From contig JBMNSQ010000001.1 in the NCBI GenBank assembly GCA_050945275.1, positions 1-45,637 of the forward strand: a stretch of 45,637 nucleotides of DNA, in the 5' to 3' direction. Every line of letters begins with the position of its first letter. Within the stretch, counting starts at the first letter, position 1. This stretch comes from a bacterium (GTDB lineage: Bacteria > Bacillota > DTU030 > DUMP01). Position numbers and translations under genes: made by a program. Shown in pieces: positions 25,886 through 33,803 of this stretch. Below the pieces are notes generated by a model, which made no database searches, was not told where the DNA came from, and was given only the letters and a program-made list of their open reading frames with translations.

Positions 25886-26428
25886 ATGGCAACCTGGCAA
25901 ATACGACCAGGAGATACCTTTCACCAAATTGCCCGTATCCACGGTGTATCTGTGGGGACACTTATGGCTGCCAACCCTGGTCTTGACCCGCAAAATCTTT
26001 TGGTCGGCCAAATAATTACTATTCCTCAACCAGATGGAGGGTCCGACCCCAGCAGCGACAACCCTGAATGCCCAAGTGGAGTGTTTTGGGTAGTAGCCGC
26101 AGGCGACACACTCTATAGTATTGCCCAAGCTTCCGGCGTAAATTTAGCCGATCTTAGAGCCGCCAACCCACAGGTAAATCCTTTTGATTTAAGAGTCGGC
26201 CAAAAGTTGTGTTTACCGTTAACAGGAGGGAGTATTGTGCCACCAGAAATACCGCCCTGTCCGAGCGGTATTTTTTGGGTAGTGGAGCCTGGAGACACAT
26301 TATTTAAGATAGCTCAAGCCACTGGCTTTACCCTAAATGAAATACTAGCAGTAAATCCGGGTCTGGATCCTAACAACCTTAGGCCTCGGACCAATATTTG
26401 TCTACCCGAAGGAGGGTTGCTGCCCTAA
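25886..26428 (+). CDS. Triple-LysM peptidoglycan-binding protein without a signal peptide
   Basis: Three LysM repeats (GDTFHQIARIHGVSVGTLMAANP..., GDTLYSIAQASGVNLADLRAANP..., GDTLFKIAQATGFTLNEILAVNP...). The last two are each preceded by P(E/P)CPSG(V/I)FWVV. ATG at 25886 with a GAGAGGAG SD. Confidence 0.85.
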   Translation: MATWQIRPGDTFHQIARIHGVSVGTLMAANPGLDPQNLLVGQIITIPQPDGGSDPSSDNPECPSGVFWVVAAGDTLYSIAQASGVNLADLRAANPQVNPFDLRVGQKLCLPLTGGSIVPPEIPPCPSGIFWVVEPGDTLFKIAQATGFTLNEILAVNPGLDPNNLRPRTNICLPEGGLLP

Positions 26429-26442
26429 AGTGCGTTTCGGGC

Positions 26443-27669
26443 CTAAACGAAATATAGATATAGTATAACACCCAGACCCAACACTACTGCTTCTGATACA
26501 GCGACCCTAAGCCACACTTTGCCGGCATTAGCACTAAAGTAAGTGGTGGATAGGGGAAAACATAAATGCAGCGGTGACAACATTAGACCTGATTTGCCAG
26601 CAGCATAGGCTAATGCAGCCCACTTGGCATTAACAGTTCCGGAAACTGCCAGCAAACCGTGAATCAGGGGAAAGCTAATACCTACCAGTCCCGAGCTGGA
26701 TCCAGTTAATAGTCCGGCGAAAAAAGGCAACGCCATAATAGCAACTAACGGACTGATACCCATAGTCGCAAAGACCTCGGGCATGGCACTTACAGCTCCG
26801 CTGGCTTCTAAGATGCTACGAAAAGCCATAATGGCCATAATGGTTAATATGATATCCGATTCTCTTAGGACCTTAAGCAAATGAAGTATATCACCCTTGC
26901 TATAACGGTAGTTGACAAATAAAATCAATAAAACAAGCCCAGTAGCTAAGGCTACGTTAATTTTAACAATAAGGACAAGCCCAATGATAGTTGTGATAGG
27001 CCAAGCTTCTTTCAAAAAGGCTACCCAAGCCTGCCAGCGGTTACTTCTCGCAACCACTTGAGTAAGTTCCATCCCCACAGACTTTATCCCATGAAAACCT
27101 ACAATAGCACCTACCACCACTGTGAACAAAGAAAAAGGTAGGCCCCAGGTAATAAAAGGCCCTAAATCCATTTCCAAGATACTACCTACCAACACCACTC
27201 CCGGGTACAGTGGAACCCAATACTCCAAAGAATGGCGGAACCAGTAATTGAGATAACCCTTACGTTCAGCATCGGCTGCCAAACCGGCACTGGCCTGATC
27301 TACCATGGGGCAAGAAATAACCGCTCCCCCAAGCGACGGCAATAGACCCATAAAGGCTGGCAAAGTGGCAACCGCAACCCGCGGATCGGGCAGGGCTTCT
27401 TGGGCCCGATCTACTAAACGCTGCATTATTTCTTGTTCTTCCATTACGCGTTCTAGAACCATTACGGCCGCCAGAGTTAGTACCAATGTAATCGTAGCCG
27501 GGCTGAGGAGGCCAAGCAGTATATGCTTAACTATAGCTGGGGGTCCAAAGCCAAACAATAGACCTAGCACCAGAGCAGCAGTGGACATTACATAGATCAG
27601 TTTCACCCGTCGAATAATGAGTAGCGCCATCCAAACGGCAGTCAAGGCTAATTTAGCCATAGAATCCAT
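26443..27669 (-). CDS. DUF401-family polytopic membrane protein (putative ion-transporter-superfamily permease)
   Basis: About 400 aa with roughly 11-12 hydrophobic helices. The family assignment is from memory of DUF401 architecture. I chose the ATG at 27669 (AGAGGAAGATGG SD). Confidence 0.55.
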   Translation of the reverse strand: MDSMAKLALTAVWMALLIIRRVKLIYVMSTAALVLGLLFGFGPPAIVKHILLGLLSPATITLVLTLAAVMVLERVMEEQEIMQRLVDRAQEALPDPRVAVATLPAFMGLLPSLGGAVISCPMVDQASAGLAADAERKGYLNYWFRHSLEYWVPLYPGVVLVGSILEMDLGPFITWGLPFSLFTVVVGAIVGFHGIKSVGMELTQVVARSNRWQAWVAFLKEAWPITTIIGLVLIVKINVALATGLVLLILFVNYRYSKGDILHLLKVLRESDIILTIMAIMAFRSILEASGAVSAMPEVFATMGISPLVAIMALPFFAGLLTGSSSGLVGISFPLIHGLLAVSGTVNAKWAALAYAAGKSGLMLSPLHLCFPLSTTYFSANAGKVWLRVAVSEAVVLGLGVILYLYFV

Positions 27670-27727
27670 GATATACCATCTTCCTCTCATGTAATGTCTA
27701 ATGCAGTATTTATTTTTTTAAGCGCTG

Positions 27728-28273
27728 CTAATGCAACATCTGGGTTCGCAACTTACGACGATGAAGCTCCCTGATGTCACTGAAAATGCCCCGGTAAGAT
27801 GACGTCGCATAGTCCGGGTATGTCCAAGGCCAAGGTTCAAACTGGCCATTAACATAATGAAGTGTAACTTCTCCGTAAATGCCTTGTCCCAGGTATAACC
27901 GGTGGGCATGGTCCTTAGTGGTAGCTAAGACTAATTTTGCTAACGTTACGTAGCCCACATCAATATTTACTCGGCGGCGTTCATTCAGGCTCCAGGTAGT
28001 TTCCAAGGTATTACTCCATACCTTAAAGGCTGGCAGCTCTGCTGGATCTTTTAGACTATCAAAGGCGAATACCATCCGTTTAAGATCCGGGCCCATTTCT
28101 TGCGTATAATAGACGGTGTGGACAAACGGCAATTTTTCGCTTTTATAGATGCATTTTCCCAATTGACCGATTAACTCCGACTCTACCATCGTAAACATAT
28201 TATCGTCACCAGTAAATACGCTGGCGATAGGTGTCACCTTTTCCGGTGTCTTAATCTGTCCCAACGGAATCAT
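27728..28273 (-). CDS. DUF4416-family protein (soluble, unknown function)
   Basis: About 180 aa. The VNIDVGYVTLAKLVLATTKDHAHRLYLGQGIYGEVTLHY block matches my recollection of the DUF4416 core. The start is ambiguous: TTG 28288, ATG 28273 or TTG 28264. Confidence 0.5.
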   Translation of the reverse strand: MIPLGQIKTPEKVTPIASVFTGDDNMFTMVESELIGQLGKCIYKSEKLPFVHTVYYTQEMGPDLKRMVFAFDSLKDPAELPAFKVWSNTLETTWSLNERRRVNIDVGYVTLAKLVLATTKDHAHRLYLGQGIYGEVTLHYVNGQFEPWPWTYPDYATSSYRGIFSDIRELHRRKLRTQMLH

Positions 28274-28341
28274 CCCTTCCCAATACAATAGCAGCTATTT
28301 TGCTAATAATAATTCGCCGGGTCCAACCACTTTTCTTTTTT

Positions 28342-28370
28342 ATTCTAGTGTAACAACGATAAAAGTGCAA
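28342..28370 (-). promoter_or_regulatory. Candidate sigma-A promoter for the DUF4416-DUF401 pair
   Basis: The minus strand reads TTGCAC-N17-TAGAAT, immediately after the ATPase terminator hairpin. Confidence 0.35.
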
Positions 28371-28371
28371 A

Positions 28372-28397
28372 CAGAGGTTGTTGTTTCACAACCCCTG
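28372..28397 (-). terminator. Hairpin terminator after the double-P-loop ATPase gene
   Basis: 10-bp stem CAGAGGTTGT/ACAACCCCTG with one mismatch. The T-run is better on the plus side (TTTTAT) than on the minus side (TTTG). Confidence 0.4.
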
Positions 28398-28444
28398 TTT
28401 TATAGATACACAAAGAGCAACTACTACTTCTATAGTGTTTCTTC

Positions 28445-29572
28445 TTACAGACTTGGTTGGGGTACTTCTAGCAAAGCTTTCGCGATATCCATAATCTGCT
28501 GACCAATTCGCTCACGAAGACGGGCTAGGGCTTCAAAATCCATATATGGCGCGTAATACTGCTCCATCCGATCATGAATGTGCTTGGCAGCACTGATAAA
28601 ACTAATAGCTCGATTAAATAAGCCGAAAAACATTTCTTGGTTCTCTGCAATAATAGCAGCGTACTTTTTCTCAACCGCTGGATCCAGGGCCTGATCCATA
28701 TTGACCACGACATCGTCGGCCCCGGCACTGTACACATGGGGCTCGATAGATTTGGTCAGCGCTACATCAAGTTTTGGTATAACTACCTGCTCCACTTTTT
28801 CGGGGTTTAAGGGGCAATGATACAATTCCACATCATAGCCACGCTCTAACGCAGCCTGCGCCACCTTGCCAATAAGCACCGACTTCCCTGTGCCCGGTTT
28901 ACCTGAGATAACATATTTCCTGGAACAAGGGCCTATCACAGTCTCGAGATGATCTACCATACCATCCGGAGTGATAGCTCGAGCAAATAAATGTCGGTCG
29001 CGGCCAACACGAACCGTAACCGGTTCGGCATCCAAAATATCGTGGATTATGGCTGCTGCCTGCTGATTGGCCCAACCAAAGTTCATTCCTTCGATATTGG
29101 CCTCTTCCCAGTCGCGATAAATTATCTGAGCAGCTTTCAAAAAGCGGTATGCCCGGGTAAAAGTACGACTAGACTCTTTGTTTAATGCTATAAGTTCCTT
29201 CTTATGATTGCGAATCCTGTGTTCATCCCAATAGTCACCGAAGTAGATTATTTCTTCTACCGCCCCTGGTAACTTAGGATCCAGTGTATGAGGCGCCATC
29301 CCATCAATAATGGCTATCCCGGGCTCAGGAAACACAATACCATCTAATGAACCGTTGTCAGATGAACAGCAGTGGAACTCCGCGTCCAAACCCTGCTTGA
29401 TTAAGGAATCAGCTATAGAACGCATAAAGGTAGACTTGCCAACACCGGGACCACCTTTAAGGATGAAGATACGGGTAGCATCAGAGGGAATGATGTAGTC
29501 ATAAAAGGAATAAAAACCCTCCGCCGTATTACACCCTGGAAAGACTTTCTTGATTCTGCCACAGGCAGTCAA
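28445..29572 (-). CDS. Uncharacterised ATPase with two Walker-A motifs (PRK06851-like family)
   Basis: GGPGVGKST near the N-terminus and GKPGTGKSV in the second half. The N-terminal FPGCNTAEGFYSFYDYI resembles the FAGGNTAKGFYSFYD start of that family as I recall it. I chose the TTG at 29572 with an AAGGAGG SD; the ATG at 29623 is the alternative. Confidence 0.6.
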   Translation of the reverse strand: MTACGRIKKVFPGCNTAEGFYSFYDYIIPSDATRIFILKGGPGVGKSTFMRSIADSLIKQGLDAEFHCCSSDNGSLDGIVFPEPGIAIIDGMAPHTLDPKLPGAVEEIIYFGDYWDEHRIRNHKKELIALNKESSRTFTRAYRFLKAAQIIYRDWEEANIEGMNFGWANQQAAAIIHDILDAEPVTVRVGRDRHLFARAITPDGMVDHLETVIGPCSRKYVISGKPGTGKSVLIGKVAQAALERGYDVELYHCPLNPEKVEQVVIPKLDVALTKSIEPHVYSAGADDVVVNMDQALDPAVEKKYAAIIAENQEMFFGLFNRAISFISAAKHIHDRMEQYYAPYMDFEALARLRERIGQQIMDIAKALLEVPQPSL

Positions 29573-29674
29573 TACATTCGCCTCCTTTACGTTTTGGATA
29601 GTTCCGGACACCCTTAACATCATATTAAGTCTATCTCCTCAATGCTCCTTTTACCGCTAAAAGGATTGCCACAC

Positions 29675-29704
29675 GTAAAACCGGGGCACCTCCTTGGCCC
29701 CGGT
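29675..29704 (-). terminator. Strong terminator-like hairpin upstream of the ATPase gene
   Basis: 8-bp GC-rich stem ACCGGGGC/GCCCCGGT with a 9-nt loop, followed on the minus strand by TTTTAC. Confidence 0.5.
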
Positions 29705-29762
29705 GAAACCTCGTATAGACAATCTTAGAGTGGTCTATGTTACCCATAAGCTCTAATTGAAA

Positions 29763-29903
29763 CTAACAAAAAAGTACATAGTACAGTACCCTTGTCACCG
29801 TTAAAATATAGCTCTCCGTCCGATCTAGATAGCACAGCACGTATTCTTCCACAGCCATGTTATAGTAGCAATCATAATTATCATCGTTAGGAATATATAG
29901 CAT
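29763..29903 (-). pseudogene. Remnant of a lipoate-protein ligase (LplA/LplJ) N-terminus
   Basis: MLYIPNDDNYDCYYNMAVEEYVLCYLDRTESYIL parallels B. subtilis LplJ MLFIDNQNINDPRINLAIEEYCVKHLDPEQQYLL (the NLAxEEY motif). Similarity stops after about 36 aa and the frame terminates at 46 aa. Confidence 0.5.
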
Positions 29904-29943
29904 TGTACAGTCTCGCCTGCCCTTTAGGCCTTGGCTCTGGATT

Positions 29944-30699
29944 TCAATTTGCTGCTGGGTTAACGAATGAACACGGAAGGCCCACCAGACATTTGCCGCA
30001 AACATCGGCTAAACCGAGATCGCGATAACGAACTGCATTTTCCCGGCACATAGCATAACATCTTTGCCGATAAAACGTCTCTGTACTCAAAGCATCATTC
30101 ACACAGCGCCGAGCACAGATACCGCAACTACCATCTAGCTTATAGAGGCAATACTCCCTGTCCACACGTGGTGTCGGCTGAGCAGCTACATTGGTTACTA
30201 TGGTTCCTACCCGACCGCAGCAACCTCGGGCCGTTATTAGCATGTTATTGAGTCCGAATTTGCCCAAGTTAGCAATATAAGCCACATGCCTATGGGACCA
30301 TTCACTTATGAGCTTCACTTTATCGAAATTATGTGTTGGCGGAATTACCGCCCCCTTGTACCCATGCTTTTCTAGCTCTCGGACTAACGCTGCATTAAGA
30401 TCAGCAATGAGAGTATTAGTTTCAATATAAGCCACTGCCCAGGCACGTGAACTCTCTCTGCCAGAAATATTGCCTTCCGCTACTGGTCGTGTAAACGGCA
30501 CAAAATATGCAACTACTGTTCGGGCATCAGGTAGAAAGTCAGTTGGAAGAGCATGTGATGAACTAATAATCTTCTTTAGTTCACCAAACAATGGATCCAA
30601 GGCATCGCCATAAGCTACTAGTGGCGCTAACCAAGTTGTAACAGTACCTTTCTTGGCAGGATAAGAACGAACATAATCAGTAATGAACGATTCTATCAA
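29944..30699 (-). CDS. QueG/reductive-dehalogenase-related 4Fe-4S protein (short epoxyqueuosine-reductase-like)
   Basis: WSHRHVAYIANLGKFGLNNMLIT..GCCGRVGTIVT resembles the QueG core. Cys clusters CGICARRC and CGKCLVGLPC are present. TTG start. Confidence 0.5.
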   Translation of the reverse strand: MIESFITDYVRSYPAKKGTVTTWLAPLVAYGDALDPLFGELKKIISSSHALPTDFLPDARTVVAYFVPFTRPVAEGNISGRESSRAWAVAYIETNTLIADLNAALVRELEKHGYKGAVIPPTHNFDKVKLISEWSHRHVAYIANLGKFGLNNMLITARGCCGRVGTIVTNVAAQPTPRVDREYCLYKLDGSCGICARRCVNDALSTETFYRQRCYAMCRENAVRYRDLGLADVCGKCLVGLPCSFVNPAAN

Positions 30700-30810
30700 G
30701 CGCCTTATTTTTCTCCCCCCGATACTCCCTTGTTTGCTCTTTCATATTTACTACCGCTAGGAGCTAAATTCCTGCATTGTTCAGGTTATATCTAATAAGC
30801 GCATGTTCAA

Positions 30811-30847
30811 CCCAGAAAGCAAAGAAGACAGACCGCGTCTGCCTTCC
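30811..30847 (-). terminator. Terminator after the aminopeptidase gene
   Basis: 9-bp stem GAAGGCAGA/TCTGTCTTC (one mismatch) with loop CGCGG, then TTTGCTTTC on the minus strand. Confidence 0.5.
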
Positions 30848-30926
30848 TTTAACATATTACTCCTCAAAATTACCACGCGGTGTCCGCACCACAATAAATG
30901 AAACATCTCCTGCCATTCTGAAGAAA

Positions 30927-31877
30927 TCAGATTAGGATCCTACCGCCGCTTAGCACATGTTCCCCGTCCAAATAAAGGTTCGGGTTCATAATGATCCCAT
31001 CCACGTGGATACCAGCAGCGACTGTGCCTCCAAAGCCATCATTACTGCCCAAAGCTATGTGTACTGTGCCATACACTTTCTCGTCTTCTAACACTATGCC
31101 GATAATGCGGGCTCCTTCGTTAGTACCGATGCCCAGCTCTGCCAGATTGCGAGCCAACGGATTATCTCCCAGCATAGCCAGCAGGCGCTCTTGATCCGGG
31201 CCTTCGGCCGCTATCAGCTGTCCTTGGGCAAAGGTTAGCTTTAGCGGCCCTACCAATTCACCTAAACCAGCAAAGGAACCATCGACAATAACTGTGCCTT
31301 CTGCTGTCCCTTCTAGCGGAGCAATAAACGCTTCTCCGGCCGGTAAATTGCCAAATGATCCTTTTTCACGGCACATACCGGAACAAGCAGCAGCGGAGCG
31401 ACCGGCCAATGACATAGTGAGGTGACAACCATCTTTTTCAATAACCGCTTCCTCAGCTGCTGTCAACCTGTCAGCCAATTTCCTCGCCAAAGCAGCTACC
31501 TTGGCATAATCGGCCTGCATAGCACCACCACCAAACATTTCTTCCCTAATACCAGGCATGGTAGCTATTCTTACACCAGCCGCCGTTGCTTTGCGGCGAG
31601 CCTGAGTGTGGCTCAAAGAATCGGCGGTCGCGGCAATCACTACGTCTGCTGTGGCCATTGCTTGGGCCACCGCTTGGGTTGGCTCAGCCCCACTTCGGCC
31701 TGTAGGTTGTATGCGCATTAGTATTACTTTTGCTCCTAATTCATCGCCAGCCGTAAACAAAGCCTCACCAATTGCCAAGGTACTCTTATCAACCACTATA
31801 AGCAGCTGCTCACCGGCTTTAAGTGCCATGTTTTGCTGCAGCAAACCCCGAGCAATGTCTACTGTAGACTTTTCCAT
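30927..31877 (-). CDS. M29-like (AmpS/PepS, aminopeptidase-T family) aminopeptidase, short form
   Basis: 316 aa. The C-terminal ELGIGTN...GTVHIALGSN...HVDGI blocks resemble the metal-binding region of thermophilic metalloaminopeptidases. Confidence 0.55.
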   Translation of the reverse strand: MEKSTVDIARGLLQQNMALKAGEQLLIVVDKSTLAIGEALFTAGDELGAKVILMRIQPTGRSGAEPTQAVAQAMATADVVIAATADSLSHTQARRKATAAGVRIATMPGIREEMFGGGAMQADYAKVAALARKLADRLTAAEEAVIEKDGCHLTMSLAGRSAAACSGMCREKGSFGNLPAGEAFIAPLEGTAEGTVIVDGSFAGLGELVGPLKLTFAQGQLIAAEGPDQERLLAMLGDNPLARNLAELGIGTNEGARIIGIVLEDEKVYGTVHIALGSNDGFGGTVAAGIHVDGIIMNPNLYLDGEHVLSGGRILI

Positions 31878-32030
31878 TTTTAGGCCCCTTTCAATTCAGT
31901 TAGAATAAAACAAGACCACGTACTTTACGGTTTACTCTTAAATTCGTCTTCTCCTGAGGTAAGTCCTTTTCGTTTACTATATAACTTAAACTGTACCCCA
32001 ATTTGAAATACAGCCTTTAGTCTTTATCGT

Positions 32031-32813
32031 TCAGCGCAACAAAGCAAAAATTAAAATCAATACTGCTAGAGCGAACCGATACACAGCAAAAACAAAGTAA
32101 CTTCCTCGGCGTAAATATTGCAACAAAAAACGAATAGACAAATAGCCAACTACAGCTGCCGTGAGCACGCCAGCTATAAACGGCAAATCAACCATGGCTA
32201 GCCTAAGGTGGCGCAATTTATATACAGCTGCCCCCGCAATGATGGGAACCGATAAGAGGAAAGAGAAACGGGCTGCTGTCTCCCGCTTCATACCTGCTAT
32301 CAGGCCAGCAGTCATGGTGATTCCCGAACGAGAGACACCAGGGACAATAGCCAGGGCTTGGGAAATGCCTACCAAAATGCTGTCACGCCAAGTCAGATCT
32401 TCGATCTGGCGCATCTTCCGACCTTTTAGATCAGCCCACCATAAAAGAAGGCCTAATGTGGCCAGCGTCCAGACGATAACAAATGGACTTCTAAAAACAG
32501 TCTCTGCCTGCTCTTCAAATAAATATCCGAAAACAGCACCAGGAACTGACGCTGCTGCCAGATACCAAAACAGCTTCCCATCTCTACTACGGGGCTCGGT
32601 CAAACCAAAGTAGACTATTTCCAAAAGTTCGCGCCAAAAGAAAACAATTACGGCTAACATTGTACCAACATGGAGTGCCACATCAAACACTAACCCTGAG
32701 TCAGGCCAATCGAATAACCACGGCATTAGCACCAAGTGAGCCGAACTGGAAATGGGCAAAAATTCCCCTAACCCCTGCACAATACCCAATACTACCGCTT
32801 GTAGAAGATTCAT
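32031..32813 (-). CDS. uppP: Undecaprenyl-diphosphate phosphatase
   Basis: LGIVQGLGEFLPISSSAHL and PGVSRSGITMTAGL motifs. I chose the ATG at 32813 (GAGGAG SD). Confidence 0.92.
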   Translation of the reverse strand: MNLLQAVVLGIVQGLGEFLPISSSAHLVLMPWLFDWPDSGLVFDVALHVGTMLAVIVFFWRELLEIVYFGLTEPRSRDGKLFWYLAAASVPGAVFGYLFEEQAETVFRSPFVIVWTLATLGLLLWWADLKGRKMRQIEDLTWRDSILVGISQALAIVPGVSRSGITMTAGLIAGMKRETAARFSFLLSVPIIAGAAVYKLRHLRLAMVDLPFIAGVLTAAVVGYLSIRFLLQYLRRGSYFVFAVYRFALAVLILIFALLR

Positions 32814-32888
32814 GTACACTCTCCTCGGTTATACTGTTCCCTCCCCTGATTCTAGCTACACCAGTAGCATTTGGCAAGCACGACTGTT

Positions 32889-33422
32889 TTATTTTATTCC
32901 GAAATTATCTTTTCCCGGTAAAATCAACGATAAAACCGCCGTTGCCAACCAACCACCAATTAAGGCTGTCACCAATTGCGGCCAACTAAAAGAAAATGAT
33001 AGCGCTTGGATTACCGGTGGATTTAGGGTAACCACCCTAAATAGTACCCTAACAGCAACAAACAAAAACCCGGACTTGCTCAATGAGCCTACGATAACTC
33101 CTAGCCCCGAGCCTCGTTTTTGAATCAAGGCGTAAAAAATGACGATTATAGCATTACCGGTCGCTACGATCGGTATCAGGGGCAAAATAGGTGCTAAGTG
33201 TCCTTGTAAAAAAGCAACAATAGGAGCCACAACAGAGATTATCACACCGCCCAAGATACCAACCGTTCCTGCCGCTACAATCAAGGTCGCATTCACTAAC
33301 GAACCAACAACGAATACGGACACCGGTTTCGGCATCGGAATAAACTGGCGTAACATCTGAAACACCAGCGTAAGTGCTAAGAGCAGCGCCGTCCGGGTCC
33401 AAAACCTTGTACTTTCCTTCAT
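32889..33422 (-). CDS. ECF-transporter S-component-like small membrane protein, substrate unknown
   Basis: 177 aa with six predicted helices. The size and topology fit ECF S components (loosely TrpP-like). GAAGGAGG SD. There are no EcfA/T genes nearby. Confidence 0.4.
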   Translation of the reverse strand: MKESTRFWTRTALLLALTLVFQMLRQFIPMPKPVSVFVVGSLVNATLIVAAGTVGILGGVIISVVAPIVAFLQGHLAPILPLIPIVATGNAIIVIFYALIQKRGSGLGVIVGSLSKSGFLFVAVRVLFRVVTLNPPVIQALSFSFSWPQLVTALIGGWLATAVLSLILPGKDNFGIK

Positions 33423-33488
33423 TCTAAGTTCCTCCTTCTGCTCAGCTCATGGCCTTGCGGTCAGCATCCAGCTAGCAACTGATACATA

Positions 33489-33518
33489 ATTATAGTCCGA
33501 ACAAAGGACGAATGTAAA
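33489..33518 (-). promoter_or_regulatory. Candidate sigma-A promoter of the S-component gene
   Basis: The minus strand reads TTTACA-N18-TATAAT, leaving a leader of about 60 nt. Confidence 0.4.
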
Positions 33519-33803
33519 TAAGTAAACCTTCTCTATCTGTTTCTAGCTAATAACAAAAAATCAACTCCAATCACGGCATAATTTTAGTACGACCTTAAAT
33601 GGACGTGAAGACACAATATAAATCTAAAGCACGAGCTACAACACATTTACAATGAACCAAAGAACAAAAACTCCCGGGTAATAATAACAAAAGTGCATTG
33701 TTATTTTTAGCAGGAAAAAATGGCGATAAGGAAGAAATGTCTTTATGTTGGCAAGCTTAATACACATTTGTTCAATATTATTCTCAGTGGAGGATAGATA
33801 GCT

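Noticed and set aside
29675-29745. Purine-riboswitch-like fragment (TATACGAGGTTTCACCGGGGCC resembles the J2/3-P3 region GUUUCUACCGGGCACC)
   Set aside because: No P2 helix, L2 loop or closing P1 can be drawn. The similarity is confined to the terminator stem.
29905-29943. c-di-GMP-I-like words (GGCCTAAAGGGCAGGCGAGAC) just after the QueG-like stop
   Set aside because: These are isolated short matches only. There are no paired P1/P2 helices or a tetraloop-receptor arrangement.
29763-30005. Full 80-aa track ORF
   Set aside because: Its first 34 codons overlap the 3' end of the QueG-like gene in another frame. Only the distal 46 codons, from 29903, carry LplA-like similarity, and those are reported as a pseudogene remnant.
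33683-33705. AT-rich hairpin AATAACAA-N7-TTGTTATT followed by TTT in the ptb upstream gap
   Set aside because: It is an 8-bp all-A/T stem with no upstream plus-strand gene to terminate. It is likely fortuitous in an AT-rich spacer, though it could be a weak operator.
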